From the sequence record ON528745: a stretch of 64,000 nucleotides of DNA, one strand, 5' to 3'. This DNA is from Shigella phage ESH35. The position numbers were made by a program, and so were the translations under genes. The notes under the pieces are model-generated. The model was not told the origin of the DNA. It worked only from the letters and a program-made list of their open reading frames with translations, and made no database searches. Positions 1 through 9,405 of this stretch are shown here, in pieces. Numbering within the stretch: position 1 is the stretch's first letter; every line of letters begins with the position of its first letter.

Positions 1-29
1 GGATTTGACCAACTGCGAGAATATTTTAA

Positions 30-245
30 ATGATGCTCGAAGGAACTGACTATATTCATGATTACCGCGGAAGCGCGGTATATGTAGGTGATGAAGTTGC
101 AGTTTATTATGGGTATGGAACTTTGATGACAGCCAAGGTTATTCAAATTAAAAATAATCGTGCTAAACTTGAAGTTTATTATTCTAATGGTGAAAAGTCT
201 ATTTCTAAGTGGAAATACGGCGATTGTATGGTCAAACTGGGGTAA
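30..245 (+). CDS. hypothetical small protein (71 aa)
   Basis: ATG ORF; start overlaps stop of a partial upstream ORF (1..33) in ATGA arrangement. Confidence 0.45.
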   Translation: MMLEGTDYIHDYRGSAVYVGDEVAVYYGYGTLMTAKVIQIKNNRAKLEVYYSNGEKSISKWKYGDCMVKLG

Positions 246-247
246 AT

Positions 248-418
248 ATGATTTACGATATTAATGTAGCAAGAGCTCCGTCAATGGTTACTATTCCTGC
301 TGAAGAACTAGATCGTCTTCATAAAATTGAAGAACTTCTTTGGGAAATTGAATCTGATTTGCCATCAGGATTAGAATCCTGGATTGATTATGAAGAACTT
401 AATAAATTGCGAAATTAA
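248..418 (+). CDS. hypothetical small acidic protein (56 aa)
   Basis: first ATG after stop of previous ORF; same frame as track ORF 209..418. Confidence 0.4.
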   Translation: MIYDINVARAPSMVTIPAEELDRLHKIEELLWEIESDLPSGLESWIDYEELNKLRN

Positions 419-428
419 TTGGTGAAAA

Positions 429-749
429 ATGACTATTGAAAATAAATTAGATGTTGATGCAGTTCTGAGCGAAATCATTGAAGACCATGATGCATTTTCG
501 GAAAACTATGATTTCGATTTTTCCGATTATCTTAAACCTATCGAAATAGAAGACTGGGTGCAAGATGGTAAATGCCAATATCGTCAGTGTGTTTACTTTA
601 GTCCAAAACATAATGTACATGTAGCGGTAAATGAATCTCGGTCAGGTTCTTATCATTCTGACTGGTATTATGCAGTTCCGACTGTTGAACTAGTCGAGCC
701 CCGTGAACGTGTAGTAACTCAGATAGTACGAGAATGGATTACGATATAA
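429..749 (+). CDS. hypothetical protein (106 aa)
   Basis: ATG ORF, acidic, tightly packed with neighbours. Confidence 0.5.
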   Translation: MTIENKLDVDAVLSEIIEDHDAFSENYDFDFSDYLKPIEIEDWVQDGKCQYRQCVYFSPKHNVHVAVNESRSGSYHSDWYYAVPTVELVEPRERVVTQIVREWITI

Positions 750-872
750 AACCTTGGTGGGCGGCTAGATGGGAAACTGTAGAGCCAGAGCCGGAAGAAC
801 CGGTTTACACTGATGAAGAAACAGTATATAATGAACCAACGATAAATGACTTAATTGATATGGATATGGGAC

Positions 873-1358
873 ATGATTACAGTAGATAAGTGGTTTAGAA
901 TTAATCGTGCTGATACAGGGCTGTGTAATTACTGGCCGGAACTTAGTGCAGGTACTGTCTTTAAAGTTCGTGAACTTGCAAAAGAATGTGAAGATGATAT
1001 AGAGCCTGATACTGGAATTATTGAAATTGAACTTTCCGACGGAAAGATTATTAATATCTATGATAAGCCAATTACGTATTGGTGCTTATGGAATACTGAA
1101 TCCATTGAAAATGGCGAAATTGAAGAAGTTGTAGAGCGAACTAATCAAGTTGTTCAGAAGCCTAAAGCCGATTTTCAAGGTGAACGTATTTCATACGCAT
1201 TAGCTAAATTAGCTGCACAAGAAAATAACGATGGCTATGAAGGAAATTTGATGCAAACTGCGGCAGAATATATTGAATGGCTTGAAACCCAAATTTCTTT
1301 TTCTGACCAAAAGATTCGGCAATATAAGCGATTGAATCAAATGTTTTACAATACTTGA
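873..1358 (+). CDS. 161-aa acidic protein; position and size match T4 Pin (Lon protease inhibitor), inferred only
   Basis: internal ATG of track ORF 855..1358; lies immediately upstream of gene 49 as pin does in T4. Confidence 0.4.
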   Translation: MITVDKWFRINRADTGLCNYWPELSAGTVFKVRELAKECEDDIEPDTGIIEIELSDGKIINIYDKPITYWCLWNTESIENGEIEEVVERTNQVVQKPKADFQGERISYALAKLAAQENNDGYEGNLMQTAAEYIEWLETQISFSDQKIRQYKRLNQMFYNT

Positions 1359-1400
1359 AAATAATAAATACCCTTATCTATTTAAGGTAAGGGTTTTATT

Positions 1401-1874
1401 ATGTTATTGACTGGCAAATTATACAAAGAAGAAAAACAGAAATTTTATGATGCACAAAATGGTAAATGCTTAATTTGCCAACGAGAACTAAATCCTGACG
1501 TTCAAGCTAATCACCTCGACCATGACCATGAATTAAATGGACCAAAAGCAGGAAAGGTACGTGGATTGCTTTGTAATCTCTGCAATGCCGCAGAAGGTCA
1601 AATGAAGCATAAATTTAATCGTTCTGGCTTAAAGGGACAAGGTGTTGATTATCTTGAATGGTTAGAAAATTTACTTACTTATTTAAAATCCGATTACACC
1701 CAAAATAATATTCACCCTAACTTCGTTGGAGATAAATCAAAGGAATTTTCTCGTTTAGGAAAAGAGGAAATGATGGCCGAGATGCTTCAAAGAGGATTTG
1801 AATATAATGAATCTGACACCAAAACACAATTAATAGCTTCATTCAAGAAGCAGCTTAGAAAGAGTTTAAAATGA
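1401..1874 (+). CDS. 49: endonuclease VII (Holliday junction resolvase)
   Basis: 157 aa as in T4 gp49; Cys-rich N-terminus CLICQ...HLDHDH...CNLCN; directly upstream of nrdD. Confidence 0.85.
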   Translation: MLLTGKLYKEEKQKFYDAQNGKCLICQRELNPDVQANHLDHDHELNGPKAGKVRGLLCNLCNAAEGQMKHKFNRSGLKGQGVDYLEWLENLLTYLKSDYTQNNIHPNFVGDKSKEFSRLGKEEMMAEMLQRGFEYNESDTKTQLIASFKKQLRKSLK

Positions 1875-3688
1875 CAATTGAAAAAGAAATTGAAGGATTG
1901 ATTCATAAAACTAATAAAGACCTTTTGAACGAGAATGCTAATAAAGATTCTCGTGTTTTTCCAACTCAACGGGACCTTATGGCTGGTATTGTGTCTAAAC
2001 ACATTGCCAAAAATATGGTCCCGTCTTTTATTATGAAAGCGCATGAAAGCGGAATTATTCATTTCCATGATATTGATTATTCCCCTGCTCTTCCATTTAC
2101 TAATTGTTGTTTAGTAGATTTAAAAGGAATGCTTGAAAACGGATTTAAGCTAGGTAATGCACAGATTGAAACTCCTAAATCAATTGGAGTTGCTACTGCA
2201 ATTATGGCACAAATTACTGCGCAAGTTGCTTCTCACCAATACGGCGGAACGACTTTTGCGAATGTAGATAAAGTACTTTCTCCTTATGTTAAACGCACCT
2301 ATGCAAAACATATTGAGGATGCAGAAAAATGGCAAATCGCTGATGCGTTAAATTATGCTCAATCTAAAACAGAAAAAGATGTATACGATGCATTCCAAGC
2401 TTATGAATATGAAGTAAATACTCTCTTTAGTTCAAACGGACAGACTCCTTTTGTAACAATTACATTTGGTACGGGAACTGACTGGACTGAACGAATGATT
2501 CAGAAAGCAATTCTGAAAAATCGTATTAAAGGTCTCGGTCGTGATGGGATAACTCCTATTTTCCCTAAGCTTGTTATGTTCGTTGAAGAAGGTGTTAATC
2601 TTTATAAAGACGATCCGAACTATGATATTAAGCAGCTTGCTCTAGAGTGTGCAAGCAAAAGGATGTATCCTGATATTATTTCAGCTAAGAACAATAAAGC
2701 TATCACCGGCTCATCTATTCCTGTTTCTCCAATGGGTTGCCGCAGTTTCTTGAGTGCGTGGAAAGATTCAACCGGTAATGAAATTCTTGATGGACGTAAT
2801 AATCTTGGTGTTGTAACACTGAATCTTCCTCGTATTGCGTTGGATTCTTATATTGGAACACAGTTCAATGAACAGAAATTTACTGAATTGTTCAATGAGC
2901 GAATGGATTTATGTTTTGAAGCTTTGATGTGTAGAATTAGTTCCTTAAAAGGAGTTAAAGCGACTGTTGCTCCTATTCTTTATCAAGAAGGTGCATTCGG
3001 GGTTCGTCTTAAACCTGATGACGACATAATTGAGTTATTTAAAAACGGTAGAAGTTCAGTGTCTTTAGGATACATTGGTATTCATGAATTGAATATTCTT
3101 GTCGGTCGTGATATTGGACAAGAAATTTTAACTAAAATGAATGCTCGTCTTAAACAGTGGGCTGAAAGAACTGGGTTTGCTTTTAGTTTGTATTCGACTC
3201 CTGCTGAAAACCTTTGTTATCGCTTCTGTAAACTTGATACAGAAAAATATGGAAGTGTAAAAGATGTTACCGATAAAGGATGGTACACTAACAGTTTCCA
3301 TGTTTCAGTAGAAGAAAATATTACTCCGTTTGAAAAGATTTCTCGCGAAGCCCCATATCATTTCATTGCGACAGGTGGTCACATTTCTTATGTTGAACTT
3401 CCTGATATGAAAAATAACCTAAAAGGTCTTGAGGCTGTCTGGGATTATGCTGCACAACATTTAGATTATTTTGGTGTTAATATGCCAGTAGATAAATGTT
3501 TTACATGTGGAAGTACCCATGAAATGACTCCTACTGAAAACGGATTTGTTTGTTCTATTTGTGGAGAAACTGATCCTAAAAAGATGAACACAATAAGAAG
3601 AACATGTGGTTATTTGGGAAATCCGAACGAACGCGGATTTAATCTCGGCAAAAATAAAGAAATCATGCATAGGGTTAAGCACCAATGA
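1871..3688 (+). CDS. nrdD: anaerobic ribonucleoside-triphosphate reductase, uninterrupted
   Basis: 605 aa; C-terminal CxxC...CxxC zinc site and glycyl-radical region; ATGA overlap with gene 49. Confidence 0.95.
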   Translation: MTIEKEIEGLIHKTNKDLLNENANKDSRVFPTQRDLMAGIVSKHIAKNMVPSFIMKAHESGIIHFHDIDYSPALPFTNCCLVDLKGMLENGFKLGNAQIETPKSIGVATAIMAQITAQVASHQYGGTTFANVDKVLSPYVKRTYAKHIEDAEKWQIADALNYAQSKTEKDVYDAFQAYEYEVNTLFSSNGQTPFVTITFGTGTDWTERMIQKAILKNRIKGLGRDGITPIFPKLVMFVEEGVNLYKDDPNYDIKQLALECASKRMYPDIISAKNNKAITGSSIPVSPMGCRSFLSAWKDSTGNEILDGRNNLGVVTLNLPRIALDSYIGTQFNEQKFTELFNERMDLCFEALMCRISSLKGVKATVAPILYQEGAFGVRLKPDDDIIELFKNGRSSVSLGYIGIHELNILVGRDIGQEILTKMNARLKQWAERTGFAFSLYSTPAENLCYRFCKLDTEKYGSVKDVTDKGWYTNSFHVSVEENITPFEKISREAPYHFIATGGHISYVELPDMKNNLKGLEAVWDYAAQHLDYFGVNMPVDKCFTCGSTHEMTPTENGFVCSICGETDPKKMNTIRRTCGYLGNPNERGFNLGKNKEIMHRVKHQ

Positions 3689-4155
3689 ATTATGATAGAT
3701 TTTATCCTTGCGATTTTGTTAATGGTCCTGGCTGTAGGACCGTTCTTTTCGTTACAGGTTGTTTGCATAAATGTGAAGGGTGTTATAATAAATCAACATG
3801 GAATGCTAGAAATGGTGTTCCATTCACTGGTGAAACACTAGAACAATTAATTGAATGTTTGAATAATGATTATATAGAAGGATTGACTATAACCGGAGGT
3901 GACCCTCTCTATCCTGATAACCGAGATGTTGTTCATTGCATTGTTCAAACAGTAAAAAATTTTTATCCCAATAAAAGCATTTGGTTGTGGACAGGATATA
4001 AATTTGAAGATATTAAACAACTAGAAATGCTTAAATATGTTGATGTTATTATTGATGGGAAGTATGAGAAAAATCTTCCGACCAAAAAGCTGTGGCGAGG
4101 ATCAGATAATCAGCGACTTTGGTCAAATACCGATGGGGTGTGGAAACATGATTAA
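3685..4155 (+). CDS. nrdG: anaerobic RNR activating enzyme (radical SAM)
   Basis: 156 aa; CxxxCxxC motif (CLHKCEGC); ATGA overlap with nrdD stop. Confidence 0.9.
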   Translation: MNYDRFYPCDFVNGPGCRTVLFVTGCLHKCEGCYNKSTWNARNGVPFTGETLEQLIECLNNDYIEGLTITGGDPLYPDNRDVVHCIVQTVKNFYPNKSIWLWTGYKFEDIKQLEMLKYVDVIIDGKYEKNLPTKKLWRGSDNQRLWSNTDGVWKHD

Positions 4156-4269
4156 ATTGAATTATATTATGGACACTATAAATGATATGATTTTTCATTT
4201 TGGTCCAGAATTTTATTCGCAATATAGTTTAGTGCTTATCAATGCTTGGTTAATCAATTAAGGGTAAAT

Positions 4270-4482
4270 ATGTATAAATTTCGTAAAGGTTTAGCTGATT
4301 TTCTTACAACCGTAACATTCTTTTTGTTTATGGCAGTTGGAGCTATTTTCCTTATTCCTTTTATTGCTATATTTTTCGTGATTAGTTTGATTTCTCCAGA
4401 AAAAGGACTATCTTCTAGTGAGTTCAATGAGCGTCTGGATAAAATTACTAATAAGCTGAATGCTGCTCTTAGTAAGGAATAG
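4270..4482 (+). CDS. small membrane protein (70 aa)
   Basis: internal ATG of track ORF with SD-like AGGG upstream; one long hydrophobic segment. Confidence 0.45.
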   Translation: MYKFRKGLADFLTTVTFFLFMAVGAIFLIPFIAIFFVISLISPEKGLSSSEFNERLDKITNKLNAALSKE

Positions 4483-4484
4483 TT

Positions 4485-4793
4485 GTGAAACAAAACAAGA
4501 TTGAAGTCTATGGAATTCCAGATGAAGTAGGTCGTTGTCCTGGATGTCAATCAGTTACAAAACTTCTAAAGGAGCTCAATGCTCCTTTTACTTTCTATAA
4601 AGTTCTTACAAATAATGGTAAGATTGAGTATGATCGTCCACTGATTGTATCTCTTGCTAAACGCGCTGGATTCACATCTCTTAACATTCGTTATCCAGTC
4701 ATTTTCATCAATGATTCTAGACAAAAGAACATTAAACACTTCAAAGAAACTCTCATTTCACTTGGATATGATAGAGATATCATAGAAGACTAA
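4485..4793 (+). CDS. nrdH: glutaredoxin-like protein (NrdH-type)
   Basis: 102 aa, CPGC redox motif near N-terminus, GTG start, next to nrdG. Confidence 0.65.
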   Translation: MKQNKIEVYGIPDEVGRCPGCQSVTKLLKELNAPFTFYKVLTNNGKIEYDRPLIVSLAKRAGFTSLNIRYPVIFINDSRQKNIKHFKETLISLGYDRDIIED

Positions 4794-4796
4794 GAC

Positions 4797-4820
4797 GGGC
4801 CCTCTGGGCCTTTCTTTCTC
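4797..4820 (+). terminator. GC hairpin plus U-rich tract after nrdH
   Basis: GGCCC-tct-GGGCC followed by TTTCTTTCTC. Confidence 0.5.
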
Positions 4821-4891
4821 GCATTCTGTATATTACCATTCTAAGCTATCGTTCCCTTCTTATCGTTCCCTAAAATAATTTCACAAAGTTG

Positions 4892-4920
4892 TTTACAAGA
4901 AGTTCAAACTGTGGTATTAT
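4892..4920 (+). promoter_or_regulatory. T4-type early promoter
   Basis: TTTACA, 17 bp spacer, TGgTATTAT extended -10. Confidence 0.6.
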
Positions 4921-4950
4921 TAACATATGAATTGCCTTTGAGGATTTGAT

Positions 4951-5127
4951 ATGGTTGATAAAGAGATTAAAAAGGATCAGTATTATCGTGTTAACGGACA
5001 TATTGTTATTGTTACAGCAGTAGATGATCTAGATGTTCATTATACTGTACTTAAATGGAATAAACAGATGATTTGCGATCGTGCTGTATTTAGTTCAGTT
5101 GCTAAGGAAATTAAACTCCATGGGTAA
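4951..5127 (+). CDS. hypothetical small protein (58 aa)
   Basis: ATG preceded by GAGGA; just below the ORF-track length cutoff. Confidence 0.35.
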   Translation: MVDKEIKKDQYYRVNGHIVIVTAVDDLDVHYTVLKWNKQMICDRAVFSSVAKEIKLHG

Positions 5128-5413
5128 AACGTATCGTCGTAAAGATTTAAAAGTACGTGATTATGACTATTTCGGAAAGCGTAAAGCTCCTGATGGTGTA
5201 AGTCATAAAGATATGGTTGAAAACATTTTTCGCTCAGATAAATGGCGTAGAATGAAAGGCATTGATTCAGAAGTTAAAGATGAGTTAAATCGTCAATTAC
5301 GTGGTGAAGTAAGAAAGTTGAAAAAATCAGTTTACATTGACGATGATTTTGATTACAATACTTCTCAACGAGTTGCTAAGCGTAAATCAAACGAGTGCTA
5401 TCGTTACAGCTGA
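5120..5413 (+). CDS. hypothetical basic protein (97 aa)
   Basis: internal ATG of track ORF 5081..5413; start overlaps stop of preceding ORF. Confidence 0.4.
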   Translation: MGKTYRRKDLKVRDYDYFGKRKAPDGVSHKDMVENIFRSDKWRRMKGIDSEVKDELNRQLRGEVRKLKKSVYIDDDFDYNTSQRVAKRKSNECYRYS

Positions 5414-5420
5414 GGAAAAT

Positions 5421-5552
5421 ATGAATATCAAACGCATGCTTTTTAAACAGGGATTATATACTTTAAATGTTGCTCCAAAAGGCGATACGACCAAGTGGTC
5501 AGTAAATGACTGGATTAAATTTATTGATGAAAATGGTAATTGGAAAATTTAA
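5421..5552 (+). CDS. hypothetical small protein (43 aa)
   Basis: ATG with GAGGA upstream; followed immediately by next start. Confidence 0.25.
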   Translation: MNIKRMLFKQGLYTLNVAPKGDTTKWSVNDWIKFIDENGNWKI

Positions 5553-5753
5553 ATGAATCCTGAATCTAAATTATCGCAACGAATTGCTGAAGCTCGTCGC
5601 CAGTTCTTTGAAAATATGATAGCCCAGGGTATTGATGACGAAGTTTTTCTGAACTGGTTTTGGAATCACAAATATTCAAAATGCGCAGGAGCAATATTAA
5701 TATCAGCCGCAATGATGTACGAAGGCTGGAAGGGTGCCAAACAGTTTAGCTAA
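5553..5753 (+). CDS. hypothetical small protein (66 aa)
   Basis: ATG directly after previous stop. Confidence 0.4.
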   Translation: MNPESKLSQRIAEARRQFFENMIAQGIDDEVFLNWFWNHKYSKCAGAILISAAMMYEGWKGAKQFS

Positions 5754-5771
5754 GGGCTTCGGCCCTTTTTG
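5753..5771 (+). terminator. rho-independent terminator, UUCG tetraloop hairpin
   Basis: AGGGC-ttcg-GCCCT followed by TTTTT. Confidence 0.65.
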
Positions 5772-5805
5772 GATAATAAAATTTTAACGCAATTGAGGAT
5801 AATGT

Positions 5806-6132
5806 ATGACTATTCAAATTAAAAACGCCATCAATTCTTATGCATATGATAAAGTAGTTTCTCTGCTAGAAAAAGGCGATATTGTAACTCCTCAAATTTT
5901 GGATAAATGGGAAAAAGAGCTTCATCAGACGATGAAACAGAATGATCAGAAGATTGGACGAAATACTGTCCGTGAATTGTTGGTTCAATATATCTTGTCA
6001 GAATTTGATGTTAAAGCTTTTGGTGTAGAATCTAAAGCTTATCAAAAACATGAAATTTCCGATAAAACTATTCGTCGTATGAAAAATCAACGCAAGAAAA
6101 AATTTGCTGACCTGAAAATTGCTAAGGTATGA
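5806..6132 (+). CDS. hypothetical protein (108 aa)
   Basis: ATG with GAGGA 8 nt upstream. Confidence 0.5.
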   Translation: MTIQIKNAINSYAYDKVVSLLEKGDIVTPQILDKWEKELHQTMKQNDQKIGRNTVRELLVQYILSEFDVKAFGVESKAYQKHEISDKTIRRMKNQRKKKFADLKIAKV

Positions 6133-6350
6133 ATATGAACGAAGCTCTTATTAACGATTTACGTCTTGCCGGATATGAAGTAAATACAAATGGCATTGGT
6201 TTAACTCAAATTGAAGGAAATGGATTCATCCTTGAGTATGAATTTAGCCAATGGTGGTTATACGCTAATTATGGCGAATTGATTGAATACGTTGACCAGT
6301 TTGATTCACTAGATGCAGCTCTCGAAGCGGCTAAGTTGATGAATGTATGA
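6129..6350 (+). CDS. hypothetical small acidic protein (73 aa)
   Basis: ATGA overlap with previous ORF. Confidence 0.45.
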   Translation: MNMNEALINDLRLAGYEVNTNGIGLTQIEGNGFILEYEFSQWWLYANYGELIEYVDQFDSLDAALEAAKLMNV

Positions 6351-6616
6351 AATTTATTAATATTTCTATTACTATTGAAAATTATGGCATTTTCTATGTT
6401 GACCAATACATGAAAATTTCATTTTTCCCAAATAAGACTGGTATTGGATATTGGGAAAGCCATGTTTCTGAATTAAATGAAAGTGAATATGTTAGTACAC
6501 ATGAAAAGTTTTTAGACTTTTTATATCATGCTGATCTAACTAGTCATTATATAGATATTCATGAATTTAAAAAGATGATGGAAAAAGTATTCCAAGCATA
6601 CTGTTTACTTAGATAA
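6347..6616 (+). CDS. hypothetical protein (89 aa)
   Basis: ATGA overlap with previous ORF. Confidence 0.45.
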   Translation: MKFINISITIENYGIFYVDQYMKISFFPNKTGIGYWESHVSELNESEYVSTHEKFLDFLYHADLTSHYIDIHEFKKMMEKVFQAYCLLR

Positions 6617-6638
6617 CTGATATCCTCTATGCTTTAAG

Positions 6639-6673
6639 ATAGATCTTCAAATATTATGATATAATAGATCTAT
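6639..6673. repeat. 8-bp inverted repeat (ATAGATCT / AGATCTAT) bracketing a TATAAT hexamer upstream of gene 55
   Basis: read directly; perfect MotA-box-like TATGCTTTA at 6628..6636 lies just upstream. Confidence 0.5.
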
Positions 6674-6694
6674 GAATTGAGCTAAGAGGTGAAA

Positions 6695-7252
6695 ATGACA
6701 GAAACTAAGCCTAAATATAATTACGTAAACAATAAAGAGCTTTTACAAGCTATTATTGATTGGAAAACAGAATTAGCAAATAATAAAGACCCAAATAAAG
6801 TAGTTCGTCAGAATGATACTATCGGATTAGCCATTATGCTTATTGCAGAAGGCTTATCTAAGCGTTTCAACTTTTCAGGATACACCCAGTCCTGGAAACA
6901 AGAAATGATTGCAGATGGTATAGAAGCTTCTATTAAGGGGCTTCATAATTTTGATGAAACGAAATATAAAAACCCACATGCATATATAACTCAAGCTTGT
7001 TTTAATGCATTCGTCCAACGTATTAAAAAAGAACGTAAGGAAGTTGCAAAGAAATATAGTTACTTCGTTCACAATGTCTATGACAGCCGTGACGACGATA
7101 TGGTTGCGTTAGTAGATGAAACTTTTATTCAAGACATCTATGATAAAATGACGCATTACGAAGAATCAACCTATAGAACACCGGGGGCTGAAAAGAAAAG
7201 TGTTGTAGACGATTCTCCTAGTTTGGATTTTTTATATGAGGCTAACGATTAA
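6695..7252 (+). CDS. 55: sigma factor for late transcription
   Basis: 185 aa from ATG 6695 (track ORF starts at GTG 6689); near-identical to recalled T4 gp55. Confidence 0.9.
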   Translation: MTETKPKYNYVNNKELLQAIIDWKTELANNKDPNKVVRQNDTIGLAIMLIAEGLSKRFNFSGYTQSWKQEMIADGIEASIKGLHNFDETKYKNPHAYITQACFNAFVQRIKKERKEVAKKYSYFVHNVYDSRDDDMVALVDETFIQDIYDKMTHYEESTYRTPGAEKKSVVDDSPSLDFLYEAND

Positions 7253-7454
7253 CCTCTCCGGATTCTTGGAAGAAATACCTGAAGTTGAAGCTATTCCCTA
7301 TTTACTTAAAATGTATCTCAGGGAAGTTTTAGCTCTTGACATTGATATTGATCCAGAAAATCCGTATGATACCGCTTTTAAATCTAATGGTGTAGAATTA
7401 AACTATCGGTATCATTTAACAGATGATGATTTTTATTTTATATTAGAGAAATAA
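7236..7454 (+). CDS. hypothetical small acidic protein (72 aa)
   Basis: ORF overlapping end of gene 55. Confidence 0.4.
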   Translation: MRLTINLSGFLEEIPEVEAIPYLLKMYLREVLALDIDIDPENPYDTAFKSNGVELNYRYHLTDDDFYFILEK

Positions 7455-7455
7455 T

Positions 7456-7773
7456 ATGACTGATAAACCCGAAATTAATGATGAAGTGGAAAAGCTTATT
7501 TCTTCTATTGAAGAAAAGAACCGTCTTGAAGCAGAAAGAAAAGCAAATAAGTTATTGTCTAAAAACAAACGCGAACTGAACCGTCTTTATAAGCACGCTC
7601 AGATTGCAGCTGAAAACAATAATTTCGCTCAATACGAATATGCTATCAAGAAAAGTCGGGATATTCTAAAACAGCCATATAACGATGAACTCATTAGTAT
7701 TCTTTGGAAGACTACTAGATCGCAGATTGAGGATATGATTGATGCTTACACACGTAAAATTCAAGCGTCTTAA
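7456..7773 (+). CDS. hypothetical protein (105 aa)
   Basis: ATG ORF, charged, helical-looking. Confidence 0.5.
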   Translation: MTDKPEINDEVEKLISSIEEKNRLEAERKANKLLSKNKRELNRLYKHAQIAAENNNFAQYEYAIKKSRDILKQPYNDELISILWKTTRSQIEDMIDAYTRKIQAS

Positions 7774-7945
7774 AATTAATGCAGGATTTACTGAATCTTT
7801 GAATGGTCATCTTTGCGTGAAAATTTCTGAAAAAGAATACCATGATAGTTCAATTAAAGAAGTTAATCCTCCTATTGTAAGAGCAGACCCTAATATGAAA
7901 GTGTGGGTTGATTCCTATCAAGTCAAAAAATGGTGGCAACTGTGA
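7742..7945 (+). CDS. hypothetical small protein (67 aa)
   Basis: second ATG of track ORF 7739..7945. Confidence 0.35.
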   Translation: MLTHVKFKRLKINAGFTESLNGHLCVKISEKEYHDSSIKEVNPPIVRADPNMKVWVDSYQVKKWWQL

Positions 7946-7948
7946 AAG

Positions 7949-8122
7949 ATGAACACCCAGACTTCTGAAATAGATTATAATAAAATTCGTTCCTCTAAAG
8001 AGGAAATGATGAGACGCTTTAAAGAGTCTCATGATAAAGCTAAAGCAGAAGGAACTATAAAATATAAGCGCATAAAATTTAAAAGTTCTAACGAGCCTCT
8101 GTATGGCGTATTATGTGGATAG
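7949..8122 (+). CDS. hypothetical basic protein (57 aa)
   Basis: ATG ORF ending at the hairpin at 8121. Confidence 0.35.
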   Translation: MNTQTSEIDYNKIRSSKEEMMRRFKESHDKAKAEGTIKYKRIKFKSSNEPLYGVLCG

Positions 8123-8136
8123 GAGCTTCGGCTCCT
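8121..8136 (+). terminator. UUCG-tetraloop hairpin (terminator-like)
   Basis: AGGAGC-ttcg-GCTCCT; weak U tract. Confidence 0.4.
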
Positions 8137-8138
8137 AT

Positions 8139-8164
8139 ATTGCTTTATAAATTTTTGGTAAAAT
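8139..8164 (+). promoter_or_regulatory. MotA-dependent middle promoter for alpha-gt
   Basis: MotA box ATTGCTTTA, 11 bp, then TAAAAT. Confidence 0.55.
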
Positions 8165-8188
8165 AAACCAAAACAAAGAGGATATTAA

Positions 8189-9391
8189 ATGAAAGTATGT
8201 ATTTTTATGGTTCGAGGTCTTGAAGGTTGTGGTGTAACTAAATTTTCTCTTGAGCAACGTGATTGGTTTATTAAGAATGGTCATGAAGTAACTTTGGTTT
8301 ATGCTAAAGATAAATCATTTACTCGTAATTGCGCGCATGATTATAAATCATTTTCAATTCCGGTTTTATTGGCAAAAGAATATGATAAAACACTTAAGCT
8401 GGTAAATGATTGTGATATTCTAATTATCAATTCAGTTCCTGCTACTTCGGTTGAAGAAGACACTATTAATAACTATAAAAAAATTATTGATAACATTAAA
8501 CCTTCTGTTCGTGTTGTAGTTTATCAACATGACCATTCTTCTCTTTCTTTGCGCCGAAATTTGGGATTAGAAGAAACTGTTCGTCGAGCTGATGTTATTT
8601 TTAGCCATTCTGATAATGGTGATTTTAATAAAGTTCTGATGAAAGAATGGTATCCTGAAACAGTTTCTCTGTTTGATGATATTGAAGAAGCACCGACAGT
8701 ATATAACTTTCAGCCTCCTATGGATATTGCGAAGGTTCGGTCAACCTACTGGAAAGATGTTTCTGAAATTAACATGAATATCAACCGTTGGATTGGTCGT
8801 ACGACCACATGGAAAGGTTTTTATCAGATGTTTGATTTTCATGAAAAACATCTTAAACCTGCAGGACTAAGTACTATTATGGAAGGTCTGGAACGTTCTC
8901 CAGCGTTCATTCCTATTAAAGAAAAAGGAATTCCATACGAGTATTATCGTCTTCATCAAGTAGACCAAATTAAAATTGCTCCTAATTTGCCAACGCAAAT
9001 TCTTGACCGTTATGTAAATAGCGAAATGCTTGAACGTATGAGTAAATCCGGATTTGGTTATCAGTTGAGTAAGTTGGATAAAAAATATCTACAGCGTTCT
9101 TTAGAATATACTCATCTCGAGCTTGGTGCATGTGGAACAATTCCGGTATTTTGGAAATCTACTGGCGAAAATTTAAAATTCCGTGTTGATAATACTCCTT
9201 TGACCTCGCATGATAGCGGTATCATTTGGTTTGATGAAAATGATATGGAATCAACATTTGAACGTATTAAAGAACTGTCATCTGACCGAGCTCTTTATGA
9301 CCGTGAGCGAGAAAAAGCATATGAATTTTTGTATCAGCATCAAGATTCAAGCTTCTGCTTTAAAGAACAGTTTGACATTATTACAAAATAA
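8189..9391 (+). CDS. agt: DNA alpha-glucosyltransferase
   Basis: 400 aa; near-identical to recalled T4 alpha-gt. Confidence 0.92.
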   Translation: MKVCIFMVRGLEGCGVTKFSLEQRDWFIKNGHEVTLVYAKDKSFTRNCAHDYKSFSIPVLLAKEYDKTLKLVNDCDILIINSVPATSVEEDTINNYKKIIDNIKPSVRVVVYQHDHSSLSLRRNLGLEETVRRADVIFSHSDNGDFNKVLMKEWYPETVSLFDDIEEAPTVYNFQPPMDIAKVRSTYWKDVSEINMNINRWIGRTTTWKGFYQMFDFHEKHLKPAGLSTIMEGLERSPAFIPIKEKGIPYEYYRLHQVDQIKIAPNLPTQILDRYVNSEMLERMSKSGFGYQLSKLDKKYLQRSLEYTHLELGACGTIPVFWKSTGENLKFRVDNTPLTSHDSGIIWFDENDMESTFERIKELSSDRALYDREREKAYEFLYQHQDSSFCFKEQFDIITK

Positions 9392-9405
9392 AGGGCTTCG
9401 GCCCT
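9392..9405 (+). terminator. UUCG-tetraloop hairpin after alpha-gt
   Basis: AGGGC-ttcg-GCCCT then TTT. Confidence 0.5.

Noticed and set aside
1787-2068. 93-aa minus-strand ORF
   Set aside because: Lies entirely antisense inside nrdD; low-complexity hydrophobic translation, no RBS.
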